Shown here: piece by piece, positions 46,273-56,110 of the stretch
Numbering within the stretch: position 1 is the stretch's first letter
How the letters are laid out: every line of letters begins with the position of its first letter
Source of the DNA: a virus
Reading direction: 5' to 3' (one strand)
Length of the DNA: 64,000 nt
Virus record (IMG/VR): IMGVR_UViG_3300035670_000174
Coordinates: 3,960-67,959 of that record
Notes under the pieces: generated by a model
What the model saw: the letters and a program-made list of their open reading frames with translations, nothing else
The model's database searches: none
Told to the model about the DNA's origin: nothing
Made by a program: the position numbers and the translations under genes

Positions 46273-46992
46273 ATGTCAAAACAAGTTAGATTTAGAAGAG
46301 GTACTACTGCGCAACACGCAACATTTACTGGCGTTGAAGGCGAAGTAACTGTAGATACAGATAAAGATGTTCCTGTAGTTCATAATGGAACTACAGCAGG
46401 TGGTATTCCTCTATTAAGAAAAGATCGTCCACGTGGTATGACTAGAATGGAAATTTTTACTTCTAGTGGAACATGGACACTGTCAGGAAAAACAGATTTA
46501 AAACGTATTCGTGTTACTTGCTACGGTGGTGGCGGTGGTGGTGGTGGACAATCTGGTGGCGGTGGTGGTGGTATTACACAAGTTGTGTTAGAAGTTACTG
46601 ATTTAACTACAAACGTAGCAGTTACTATTGGTTCTGGTGGTGGTTCTGGAGCTGGCGGTGGCACTACTTCATTTGGTACATACATTAATGCAACTGGTGG
46701 CGGTGCTGGTTCTGGTTATAGTGGTGGATCTGGTGGATCAGGCGGTGGCGGTGGCGGTAGCGTTTCTGGAAACCCTGTATATATACTAGGTGGACAAGGT
46801 GCTTGTCAAGGAGAATCTTCTAACTATCCAGCACGTAACTCATCATATTCTGCTGGTCGTATGGTTGGTGGCGGTTTCGGTGGTGGTCGATCAGGTACAG
46901 GTGGTAATGGTATTCGTGGTGGTGGTGGTGGATCAGGAGCAGGTGGCGCACAAGGTTCTGTTATTGTTGAAGAATTCTACGGATTTGTATAA
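46273..46992 (+). CDS. Mtd_N + glycine-rich adhesin, paralogue 2
   Basis: Same architecture as paralogue 1. Confidence 0.8.
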   Translation: MSKQVRFRRGTTAQHATFTGVEGEVTVDTDKDVPVVHNGTTAGGIPLLRKDRPRGMTRMEIFTSSGTWTLSGKTDLKRIRVTCYGGGGGGGGQSGGGGGGITQVVLEVTDLTTNVAVTIGSGGGSGAGGGTTSFGTYINATGGGAGSGYSGGSGGSGGGGGGSVSGNPVYILGGQGACQGESSNYPARNSSYSAGRMVGGGFGGGRSGTGGNGIRGGGGGSGAGGAQGSVIVEEFYGFV

Positions 46993-47003
46993 GGAATTAC
47001 ACT

Positions 47004-47741
47004 ATGTCAAAACAAGTTAAATTAAGAAGAGGTACTACTGCTCAGCACGCTGCATTTACAGGAGCGTTAGGAGAAGTCACAGTAGATACAGATAAAGACG
47101 TAACAATCGTTCATGATGGTGTTACTGCTGGTGGTATTCCATCTGCTAGAGAAGATCGTCCGCGCGGTTGGACTCGTACAGAATATTTTACAACTGCTGG
47201 CGCATCAACATATTCTACAACTGGTAAGAATGATCTAAAGCGTTTACGTGTTACTTGCTACGGTGGTGGCGGTGGTGGCGGATCAAACTCTGGCGGAGGC
47301 GCTGGAGGTATAGCTGTTCGTGTTTTAGATATTTCAGAAATTAGTACTACTGTTACAGTTACTGTTGGCGCAGGTGGTGGTTCTGGAGCTGGCGGTGGCA
47401 CTACTTCATTTGGTTCTTACGTTGCAGCTACTGGTGGTGGTGCAGGCGGAACGAATTCTGGAGGATCTGGTGGTTCTGGTTCAGGTTCTGGAGCAATTGT
47501 TTATGGTGGACAAGGCGGTATTTCTGGAACACAATTTTCTTATGGACCATATTGGGTTCCACAAGGTGAAAGTGGATACAACCCAGGATCAGGATCTTTT
47601 CAATATTTTGGAGCTGGTGGTGGACTAGGTGGTGGCGGATCTAGCCAACCAGGTAAAGGAATTTATGGATCTGGTGGTGGACATGGACAATCAGGTTCAA
47701 CTGGTTCTGTTATCGTTGAAGAAATTTACGGACTTTGGTAA
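47004..47741 (+). CDS. Mtd_N + glycine-rich adhesin, paralogue 3
   Basis: Same architecture as paralogue 1. Confidence 0.8.
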   Translation: MSKQVKLRRGTTAQHAAFTGALGEVTVDTDKDVTIVHDGVTAGGIPSAREDRPRGWTRTEYFTTAGASTYSTTGKNDLKRLRVTCYGGGGGGGSNSGGGAGGIAVRVLDISEISTTVTVTVGAGGGSGAGGGTTSFGSYVAATGGGAGGTNSGGSGGSGSGSGAIVYGGQGGISGTQFSYGPYWVPQGESGYNPGSGSFQYFGAGGGLGGGGSSQPGKGIYGSGGGHGQSGSTGSVIVEEIYGLW

Positions 47742-47755
47742 AAAGGGGATTTTAA

Positions 47756-48013
47756 ATGACACACAATGTAGCAATTATTAGAAATGGTATTATCGAAAAC
47801 GTAGCAGTCTACGATAATGTTCCAGCACAAACTGACATTAATCAACAAGGTATTGAATTTGTAGAAATCGCAGATGCACCAATCGGTATTGGTTGGGAAT
47901 ATGCTGATGGAACTTTTTCTAATCCAGATTTTAATTATGTTTGGAGCGTTTCTCAGGGTAGAATTGATTTGGTTCAGCCAGAACAAGAAGAATCTGAAGA
48001 AGCACCAGAATAA
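47756..48013 (+). CDS. Small acidic fibre-associated/chaperone protein
   Basis: A.I.NG...N, IGW.Y.DG.F..P motif typical after Gly-rich fibres. Confidence 0.65.
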   Translation: MTHNVAIIRNGIIENVAVYDNVPAQTDINQQGIEFVEIADAPIGIGWEYADGTFSNPDFNYVWSVSQGRIDLVQPEQEESEEAPE

Positions 48014-48032
48014 GTTAACTTATTCTAAAAAT

Positions 48033-48063
48033 AAAATCCCTCCTTATGGAGGGATTTTTATTT
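48033..48063 (+). terminator. Intrinsic (possibly bidirectional) terminator
   Basis: AAAATCCCTCC-TTAT-GGAGGGATTTT with T-rich tail. Confidence 0.85.
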
Positions 48064-48077
48064 GCATTCTCTGGAAT

Positions 48078-48085
48078 TATAAATA
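48078..48085 (+). promoter_or_regulatory. T4-type late promoter
   Basis: TATAAATA directly after the terminator. Confidence 0.75.
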
Positions 48086-48114
48086 AAGAAGTATAAAGAT
48101 TAGGAAATTCCAGA

Positions 48115-48450
48115 ATGGCAACCATCGGCAATCTATATGTGGACGCTGGATCAACATACAGCAACATTATCTCAGTCACTGCATCTAATGGGTCTCCATT
48201 AGATTTGACTGGGTACACTGTCGCCTCTCAATTAAGAAAATCATATCAATCTAGTACATCTTATTCATTTAATGCATCTGTTCATGATGCTGCGAATGGT
48301 AAGATACGATTACAATTAACACCATCTCAATCTGAAGCCATTCCAGCAGGAAGATGGTTATATGATGTCGAAATAACTTCACCAATCGGTACAAAGACTA
48401 GGGTTGTTGAAGGTATTGTTACAGTAACACCTCAGATTACACAGATTTAA
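48115..48450 (+). CDS. Ig-like (BppU-like) structural adaptor
   Basis: DLTGY....Q.RK, G.I.L.L, GR..YDVE, RV.EG...V.P. Confidence 0.7.
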   Translation: MATIGNLYVDAGSTYSNIISVTASNGSPLDLTGYTVASQLRKSYQSSTSYSFNASVHDAANGKIRLQLTPSQSEAIPAGRWLYDVEITSPIGTKTRVVEGIVTVTPQITQI

Positions 48451-48451
48451 A

Positions 48452-48712
48452 ATGGCAGAAATTATAGCTGTAGTTGAAGACGATAGTTTATCTAATCTGA
48501 CTGTAACATCGTCAGAAAATACTGCAACATTATTTACAACTAGTGATTTAACAAACCCTGCAGTATTAAACACATTAGACGATGTTGGTGATATTGATAT
48601 GACATCTGAAGGTAAAAACGATGGTTCTGTTTTAGTCTATAGAACAATAACAAATAAATGGACAGCCACCACTACGCTAGATGCGCAGAATATGGAAGGC
48701 GGAGAATTTTAA
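48452..48712 (+). CDS. Small fibre linker protein
   Basis: L.DV, DGS.LVY.....W, C-terminal EGGEF. Confidence 0.65.
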   Translation: MAEIIAVVEDDSLSNLTVTSSENTATLFTTSDLTNPAVLNTLDDVGDIDMTSEGKNDGSVLVYRTITNKWTATTTLDAQNMEGGEF

Positions 48713-48726
48713 CGGAGAATTAAAAG

Positions 48727-51120
48727 ATGGCATCTATTATTCGAATTAAGCGTTCCACAGTAAGCGGTAATCCTAGTACCCTTGCTGCTGGTGAATTAGC
48801 ATACTCAGGTTTACAAGATAATGGCTCTAATGGTGGCGATAGATTATACATCGGTCTTGGAACAGAGACTGCTGGTAATGCTGCTAACCATATTGTTATC
48901 GGTGGTAAGTTTTTTACCGATATGTTGGACCACACAAAAGGTGTTCTAACTGCTAATTCCGCTTTAGTCGTAGATGGCGATTCTAAATTAGACAACTTAA
49001 AAGTTGATAATTTAGATCTAAACGGAAACACATTAAGTTCTACCAATACAAATGGTGATATTCTTATCACACCTAATGGTACTGGTAAGACTATTATCAC
49101 AAATCTGTATACTGATGCAAACACATCATTAACAGAATTTATTCAAGACGTAACTGGTGGACAGATTATAGGTGGCATAGCGCTTACAGCTACTTATGAT
49201 GACGCTGCTGGCACTACAACACTAGACTTAGATGACACATCAGTTACTGCTGGTTCTTATGGATCTGCTTCTGCTATTCCAACATTTACTGTTGACGCAC
49301 AAGGTAGATTAACTGCTGCTGGTGAAGTTTCTGTCTCAACTGTTCTTTCTATTTCTGGTGATTCTGGTACTGACACGGTTTCTTTAATATCAGATACTTT
49401 AGCATTTACTGGTGGAACAGGTCTATCAACATCTGTTACAAATAATCAAGTAACAGTAGCATTAGACAATACTTCTGTTACAGCAGGATCTTATGGTTCA
49501 GCAACTGCTATCCCAACTTTTACAGTTGACGCACAAGGTCGTTTAACTGCTGCTGGTGAAGTTTCTGTTGCAACAACTCTATCATTAGCAGGCGATACAG
49601 GTACTGATACAGTAGATCTATTATCAGACACTTTAACATTTACTGGTGGTACTGGTGTCACAACTGCAATCACTGACAATGAACTAACAATTTCTATTGG
49701 TCAGGACGTTGGTACTACTAGTAGTGTTACATTTGGTACACTATCAGTAACAAATAATACTACAGTTGGTGGCACATTAGGTGTCACTGGCGCAGCAACA
49801 CTATCTAATAATCTCTCAGTTGGTGGAAATATTTCAGTTACTGGAACTGCAGCAGTAACAGGAAATCTTTCTGTTAATACTAATAAGTTTACAGTAGATT
49901 CTGCCACTGGTAATACTTCTGTTGCTGGAACACTAAGTGTTACTGGAAATTCTACTTTAAGTGGTAATGCGTCTGTTGCTGGTACATTAGGTGTAACTGG
50001 TAATGCTACATTTGGTGGTACACTAGAAACTACTAGCGATTTAAGAGTTGGAACTACATTTGAAATAGATGCAGTAACTGGTGACACAACCACTGATGGT
50101 GATTTGACTGTTGCTGGAACTGCTACATTTAATAGCGATATTTCTCTTGGTGGTAATAAGATTACCAACCTTGCTGAGCCAGTAAATGCTACTGATGCTG
50201 CAACAAAAGGATATGTTGATGCAGCACGCTCTGGTCTAGATGTTAAACAGTCTGTTCGTGTTGCGACTACTGCAAATATTTCTCTAAGTGGCGTACAAAC
50301 TATTGATGGAGTCTCTCTATCAGCTGGTGATCGTGTTTTAGTTAAAGATCAAACAACAGCGTCTCAAAATGGCGTTTATGTTGTTGCAGCTGGTGCTTGG
50401 TCTCGTGCAAGTGATTTTGACGAACCATATGAAGTCACAGCTGGTGTGTTCTTCTTTGTTGAAGAAGGTTCTACAAATGCTGATGCTGGTTTCGTTATTA
50501 CTTCTAATAATCCACAGACAGTTGGAACTGACCCATTAGTATTCACACAATTCTCTGGTGCAGGACAAATTATTGCTGGTGATGCTCTTACTAAGACTGG
50601 TAATCAGTTAGACGTTGTTGTTGCAGCTTCTGGTGGTATTGAAATTGCTAACGATGCATTACAATTAAAATCTTCTGTAGCTGGCAATGGTTTAGCTTAC
50701 AGCGCTGGTGTTCTATCAGTCGGTGGAACTGCAGATAGAATCACAGTTGGTGCAGATTCTATTGATATCGCTGCGACTTATGTTGGTCAAACATCTATCA
50801 CAACACTAGGTACAATTACTACTGGTGTTTGGAACGCTGATGTAATTGATGCTGCTTATATCGCACAAAACCTAACAATTTCTGGCGGAACAATTAATAA
50901 CACACCAATTGGTGCGTCTACTCGTTCTTCTGGTGCGTTTACAACTCTTGCAGCAAATGGTGCAACTACCCTAACTAATACATTATCTGTTAGTGGTGCG
51001 ACATCATTATCATCAACATTAAGCGTTTCTGGAAACGTGAGCATGCTAGCAAATCTAACAGGTGCTGGCGCAGGAACATCTTCGATTGATGGTTTTAATA
51101 TTGATGGTGGTACGTATTAA
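48727..51120 (+). CDS. Long tail fibre protein
   Basis: IRIKRS....P..L..GELA; VTAGSYGS..AIPTFTVDAQGR repeats; DAATK.YVD...GLD.K.SVR; C-terminal DGGTY. Confidence 0.85.
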   Translation: MASIIRIKRSTVSGNPSTLAAGELAYSGLQDNGSNGGDRLYIGLGTETAGNAANHIVIGGKFFTDMLDHTKGVLTANSALVVDGDSKLDNLKVDNLDLNGNTLSSTNTNGDILITPNGTGKTIITNLYTDANTSLTEFIQDVTGGQIIGGIALTATYDDAAGTTTLDLDDTSVTAGSYGSASAIPTFTVDAQGRLTAAGEVSVSTVLSISGDSGTDTVSLISDTLAFTGGTGLSTSVTNNQVTVALDNTSVTAGSYGSATAIPTFTVDAQGRLTAAGEVSVATTLSLAGDTGTDTVDLLSDTLTFTGGTGVTTAITDNELTISIGQDVGTTSSVTFGTLSVTNNTTVGGTLGVTGAATLSNNLSVGGNISVTGTAAVTGNLSVNTNKFTVDSATGNTSVAGTLSVTGNSTLSGNASVAGTLGVTGNATFGGTLETTSDLRVGTTFEIDAVTGDTTTDGDLTVAGTATFNSDISLGGNKITNLAEPVNATDAATKGYVDAARSGLDVKQSVRVATTANISLSGVQTIDGVSLSAGDRVLVKDQTTASQNGVYVVAAGAWSRASDFDEPYEVTAGVFFFVEEGSTNADAGFVITSNNPQTVGTDPLVFTQFSGAGQIIAGDALTKTGNQLDVVVAASGGIEIANDALQLKSSVAGNGLAYSAGVLSVGGTADRITVGADSIDIAATYVGQTSITTLGTITTGVWNADVIDAAYIAQNLTISGGTINNTPIGASTRSSGAFTTLAANGATTLTNTLSVSGATSLSSTLSVSGNVSMLANLTGAGAGTSSIDGFNIDGGTY

Positions 51121-51126
51121 ATAAAC

Positions 51127-51151
51127 AGGGTAGTTTTTACTACCCTTTCTT
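51127..51151 (+). terminator. Stem-loop / terminator
   Basis: AGGGTAGT-TTTT-ACTACCCT-TTCTT. Confidence 0.65.
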
Positions 51152-51177
51152 TGTGAAATCCTTTTTTAAGGTATAGA

Positions 51178-51426
51178 ATGGCAAACAAGGTTTTACTTAA
51201 AAAGTCGTCTGTTGCGGCTAAAGTCCCATTACCAACTGACTTAGAATACGGTGAGTTAGCGATTAACTACACTGATGGTAAACTATACTTTAAAAATAAT
51301 AGTAATCAAGTACAAGCATTTACTGCAGGTGCAGATGGTGCAAGTGGTTCACCATACTTAGATGCAGGATCAATAGTTGACCCAGTAAACACTTTCGCCC
51401 AAGTAGATGGCGGAACAATAGCGTAA
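51178..51426 (+). CDS. Small fibre linker protein
   Basis: LKKS....KVP...L..GELAIN..DG.L.FK; C-terminal DGGTIA. Confidence 0.7.
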   Translation: MANKVLLKKSSVAAKVPLPTDLEYGELAINYTDGKLYFKNNSNQVQAFTAGADGASGSPYLDAGSIVDPVNTFAQVDGGTIA

Positions 51427-51438
51427 TAAGGATTAATA

Positions 51439-53532
51439 ATGTCAATTCAGATTCAACTTAGAAGAGGTACAGCTTTACAGCACGATACATTTACTGGTGC
51501 TAATGCTGAACTTACAGTTGACACAACTAACTATGCATTAAGACTTCATGATGGTTCTACTGCTGGTGGTTTTGAAATCCTTAGAAAAGATTTATCAAAC
51601 CTAACAAACGCATCAATATCTAATTCCAAACTAGCAAATAGTTCTGTAACTATCAATGGACAATCTGTTTCATTGGGTGGTTCTACTACAATTACTGCAA
51701 CAGCATCAAACGCTCTTACCATCGGAACTGGTTTATCTGGTTCTTTGTATGATGGTTCTTCGGCAGTAACAATTTCGCTTTCTAATACTGGAGTTACTGC
51801 TGGATCTTATGGTTCAGCAACTGCTATCCCTGTATTAACAATCAATGCACAAGGTCAGATAACTGCAGTTACTACTGCTTCTGTTGCAACAAATCTTTCT
51901 ATTGATGGTGACGCTGGTTCTGATACAATTGATTTACTATCAGACACACTATCATTTGTTGGTGCTAGTGGTATCGCAACATCTGTATCTGGAAATACAG
52001 TAACAATTTCTGGACAAACACTAACAAATAGTATTACATCAGTTGCATCAGATATTTCAAATGAAACTATCGCTAGAACATCAGCAGATACTACTTTACA
52101 AAATAATATCAATACGGAAGCAACAACTCGTGCAGCTGCTGATACAACATTAACAAATAATTTAAATGCAGAAATTTCTAGAGCAACAAGTGCTGAATCT
52201 GCTCTTGGTACAAGAATTGATAATTTAGATGTAACTGATATAGCAAATGCTGCAAGTACATCTTATGTCAATACTGCAATATCTAATCTAATTGATACTG
52301 CTCCTGCAGCGCTTGATACATTAAATGAATTAGCTGCTGCTTTAGGAGACGATTCTAATTTTGCTTCTACTGTAACTACAAATCTATCTACAAAAGCAGA
52401 TAAATCAACTATTATTTCTGCAGGCGTAGGACTTTCTGGTGGTGGTGATCTTTCTGCAAATAGAACTTTATCATTATCTTCTTCTGGTGTCACTGCTGGT
52501 TCTTATGGTTCTGGTACTTCAATACCTACAATCACTGTTGATCAGTATGGTAGAATTACAAATGTTACAGGGAACTCTGTAGTATTTCCAACAGCATTAT
52601 CTGAATTTACAAATGATGTTGGATATTCTACACTATCAGGAACTGAAACACTAACAAATAAAACATTATCTTCTCCAACAATTTCTGGATCAATTTTATA
52701 TTCATCTGTTGGTTCAAATGCTGTTATAGATTATAAAACTGGAAATGTATCAACAACTTTTGATGTAAGAGTTGTTGCAAGTGGTGGTGACGGAACACAA
52801 GGCAATGGTAATTATAATATTATTTCTGGAACATTAACTCACAATTTAGTTCCATTAGTCACTACAAGCGGAACACAGAGTTTAACAAATAAAACTCTTG
52901 TTTCTCCAACAATCACTGGTGTGTCTCCAACAATTACGTTGGCTGGTGATTTAACTGGTTCAGTTACATTAACAGACTTAGCAAACGGAACATTAAATGC
53001 AACGATTGCTGCAAACTCTGTTGCTCTTGGAACAGATACTATTGGAAATTATGCTTCTGAAGTGGTTGCTGGTAGTGGTATAATAGTATCAGGAAGTGCA
53101 GGAGAAGGTACATCATTTACTATATCTCATGCTGATACATCTTCAGTTTCAAACTTATCTGCATCAAATAGAACATATGTCAATAGTCTTACATTTGACA
53201 CTTTTGGTCATGTAACAGGTTATACAACTGAAACAGAAAGTGTAGTAAATACAACTTATTCTATTTCAGCAGAAACAGATGTTTCTGGCGCTAAGATTAG
53301 AATTTCTGGATCAGATTCTTCAGTAGATGATGTAAAACTTACTGCAGGATCAAACATAAATATTACAAGGACTGATGCAAACACAATTACTATTGAGAGC
53401 ACAGCGTCATCATCTAAATTTTTAGTATATAAAAGAGGTGATGTTGCACCAAGTAGTGCCACTCCAATTGTTATTTCTAGTGGGCAATTAACAGTCTATG
53501 GTAGAACACAAAATATAGGGGTACTAGTTTAA
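51439..53532 (+). CDS. Tail fibre protein with Mtd_N domain
   Basis: IQLRRGT..H..FTG...E.TVDT; AP..LDTL.ELAAAL; TETLTNKT repeats. Confidence 0.82.
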   Translation: MSIQIQLRRGTALQHDTFTGANAELTVDTTNYALRLHDGSTAGGFEILRKDLSNLTNASISNSKLANSSVTINGQSVSLGGSTTITATASNALTIGTGLSGSLYDGSSAVTISLSNTGVTAGSYGSATAIPVLTINAQGQITAVTTASVATNLSIDGDAGSDTIDLLSDTLSFVGASGIATSVSGNTVTISGQTLTNSITSVASDISNETIARTSADTTLQNNINTEATTRAAADTTLTNNLNAEISRATSAESALGTRIDNLDVTDIANAASTSYVNTAISNLIDTAPAALDTLNELAAALGDDSNFASTVTTNLSTKADKSTIISAGVGLSGGGDLSANRTLSLSSSGVTAGSYGSGTSIPTITVDQYGRITNVTGNSVVFPTALSEFTNDVGYSTLSGTETLTNKTLSSPTISGSILYSSVGSNAVIDYKTGNVSTTFDVRVVASGGDGTQGNGNYNIISGTLTHNLVPLVTTSGTQSLTNKTLVSPTITGVSPTITLAGDLTGSVTLTDLANGTLNATIAANSVALGTDTIGNYASEVVAGSGIIVSGSAGEGTSFTISHADTSSVSNLSASNRTYVNSLTFDTFGHVTGYTTETESVVNTTYSISAETDVSGAKIRISGSDSSVDDVKLTAGSNINITRTDANTITIESTASSSKFLVYKRGDVAPSSATPIVISSGQLTVYGRTQNIGVLV

Positions 53533-55154
53533 TGGCTAATCGTTTTCCGTTAATTATAGATGCAGTTTCTGAAACTGTCAGGGAACTTGCAGCTGGTGAT
53601 AATCTAGATTTAACAAGCAGTAGCATTTATAATAATGGTGCTACTTTATTATTGCCAACTGCCAGTGGAACTCTTGCTACATTAGCAGGGACTGAAACAC
53701 TAACAAATAAAACCCTAGTATCACCATCTATTACTACTAGTATAGATTCTTCTAGCACTACATTTACTGCGTTTTCTACCCCTACTACATTAAATATCGG
53801 TAATAATAGTGCTTCAGATAGTCATACAATAAACATTGCCATTGCTGCAACTGGTAGCGGTCTAACAAAAACTGTTAATATCGGTACTGGTGGTGATACA
53901 GGTTCTACAACTAATATTAATCTTGGTTCTGCAAATGGTGGAACTGTAACAGTAAATAAAGATTTAGTTGTTTCTGGTGATTTAACTGTCAATGGTTCTG
54001 TTACTACAGTTAACTCTACTACAATCTCAGTTGACGATAAAAATATTGAACTTGGCTCTGTAAGTTCACCATCAGATTTAACTGCTGATGGTGGTGGTAT
54101 TACTCTTAAAGGTTCTACAGATAAAAGTATTACATGGTCTTCTGTAGGATGGACTTCTTCTGAAGATTTCAATCTTGCTGTTGGTAAACAATACGAAATT
54201 AATGGCGTATCTGTTTTATCTGCTACTACATTAGGTTCTAATGTAATCACATCATCACTAACTACAGTTGGAACTATCACAACTGGTACTTGGCAAGGTA
54301 CTATTGTTAGTCCAACATATGGTGGCACTGGTATTAATAATGGTTCTAGAACTATTACACTTAACACAGGTAATCTAACTGTAGCAACTGCTGCTGGTGG
54401 ATCTTCTGTATCATTACCATCTACTGGTACGCTTGTTGGTTCTAACGATGTAGGAACAGTTACTTCTACAATGATTGCAGATGGCACTATTGTCAACGCT
54501 GACATTAATGCAAATGCTGCTATCGCAATAACTAAACTAGCAAATTATACAATATCAGGAATTTCACTAGGTCAAGATTTAGCAACTCTAACAATCGGTA
54601 GTGGTTTATCTGGTGGTTCTTATAATGGTTCTGGTGCAGTTACTATTTCCAATAGTGATAAGGGTTCTACACAAAACATCTTCAAAAATATCGCGGTTGC
54701 TGGTCAAGATACAGTTACAGCTAGTAACAATAATGACACATTCACTCTTGTTGCTGGTCCAAACGTAGCCATTGCAACAGATGGTGTCGCCAAAACAATT
54801 ACATTCGCTGCTGGTGGTGGTGGATGGTTAGTCAAAACATCAAATCATACTGCCAATCTAGGTGAATCTATTTTAGCGAATACTAGTAGTGGATCTTTTA
54901 CAATTACTCTGCCATCAAGTGCCTCTGCTGGTGCTCAGATTACAATCGCGGATGGAGATAACTGGAGTGCAAACCCATTAGTTATCGCAAGAAATGGTAA
55001 TACAATTATGGGTGATTCTGTTGACTTAGTTCTAAATTACTCAGGAACTAAAGTAGATTTTATCTACAGTGGATCTACTTGGATGGTTTATGGTAATACT
55101 CCAGGCGGTGATGATGTTCTTGCTCTTGGTCTTGCTCTTGGAGATGAATTCTAA
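53532..55154 (+). CDS. Tail fibre protein
   Basis: G.LTVNG..TTVNST...V.DKNIELG; DT/NTSSG.FTITLP C-terminal domain. Confidence 0.8.
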   Translation: MANRFPLIIDAVSETVRELAAGDNLDLTSSSIYNNGATLLLPTASGTLATLAGTETLTNKTLVSPSITTSIDSSSTTFTAFSTPTTLNIGNNSASDSHTINIAIAATGSGLTKTVNIGTGGDTGSTTNINLGSANGGTVTVNKDLVVSGDLTVNGSVTTVNSTTISVDDKNIELGSVSSPSDLTADGGGITLKGSTDKSITWSSVGWTSSEDFNLAVGKQYEINGVSVLSATTLGSNVITSSLTTVGTITTGTWQGTIVSPTYGGTGINNGSRTITLNTGNLTVATAAGGSSVSLPSTGTLVGSNDVGTVTSTMIADGTIVNADINANAAIAITKLANYTISGISLGQDLATLTIGSGLSGGSYNGSGAVTISNSDKGSTQNIFKNIAVAGQDTVTASNNNDTFTLVAGPNVAIATDGVAKTITFAAGGGGWLVKTSNHTANLGESILANTSSGSFTITLPSSASAGAQITIADGDNWSANPLVIARNGNTIMGDSVDLVLNYSGTKVDFIYSGSTWMVYGNTPGGDDVLALGLALGDEF

Positions 55155-56107
55155 TGGCTGTTGCAACTAGAGAACAATTAAAACAGTATTGTCTCAGAGC
55201 ACTGGGTGCACCAGTGCTTGAGATAAACGTCGATGAAGATCAATTAGAAGATCGTATTGACGAAGCATTAGATTATTGGCGTCTATACCACTATGAAGGT
55301 ATTGAACAAATTTATATGAAGCATCAGATTCGTGCTTCAGAAATTACATTAACTACTTCTGTTGCAAATACATTTCAGATTGCTGATAAAATCACAGGGC
55401 AAATATCTGGCGCAACTGCTGAAGTTTGCCGTGAAACAACTAGAGAATCTTCAGGAACATTACTGCTAGTTAAAAATGTTGTTGGTACATTTGCTGCAAA
55501 TGAAATAATTAGTAATGGAACAACAACAGCTACATTAGCATCTATTACTCTTCGAGAGTACGACAACAAGTATATTGAAATTCCAGATCTAGTTTATGGT
55601 GTCACCAAAGTATTAAGTATTGGTATGGCATCATCTTCGAAAAACATTTTTGATCTTCAATATCAGTTAAGATTAAATGATTTATATGATTTGACTTCAA
55701 CATCTATCATTTATTATAAAACTGTAATGCAACATCTAGCATTATTAGATTTAGAGTTAAATGGTCATACATCTTTTAGATTTAATCGTACACAAAATCG
55801 TTTATACTTAGATATCAATTGGCAACAAGATATTCCTCTTGGTGATTACATTATTATTCAAGGATATCGTGCTTTAGATCCAGCTCAATTTTCTAAAGTG
55901 TGGAATGAAGCATGGCTAAAACATTATGTTACTGCGCTATTTAAAAAGCAGTGGGCAACTAATATTAAAAAGTTTTCTGGAATTCAACTTCCAGGTGGTG
56001 TAACATTAGATGGTGATAAATTGTATGATGAAGCAACTGGTGAAATTAAAGAACTAGAAGACGAACTACAAAACAAATCAGCACCTCTAGACTTTTTCTT
56101 AGGATAA
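55154..56107 (+). CDS. gp13: Neck protein gp13
   Basis: Y.LR.LG.PV..INV...Q..D.I.EAL, W..N..KF.G..LPGG..L.G. Confidence 0.93.
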   Translation: MAVATREQLKQYCLRALGAPVLEINVDEDQLEDRIDEALDYWRLYHYEGIEQIYMKHQIRASEITLTTSVANTFQIADKITGQISGATAEVCRETTRESSGTLLLVKNVVGTFAANEIISNGTTTATLASITLREYDNKYIEIPDLVYGVTKVLSIGMASSSKNIFDLQYQLRLNDLYDLTSTSIIYYKTVMQHLALLDLELNGHTSFRFNRTQNRLYLDINWQQDIPLGDYIIIQGYRALDPAQFSKVWNEAWLKHYVTALFKKQWATNIKKFSGIQLPGGVTLDGDKLYDEATGEIKELEDELQNKSAPLDFFLG

Positions 56108-56110
56108 CTC

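Noticed and set aside
49243-52560. VTAGSYGS..AIP repeats as a mobile or CRISPR-like repeat
   Set aside because: In-frame protein repeats typical of fibre shafts, with synonymous differences and no spacer structure.
45565-53532. Diversity-generating retroelement suggested by Mtd_N domains
   Set aside because: No reverse transcriptase in the window, and no repeat pair seen differing only at adenines. Mtd_N is only an attachment domain.
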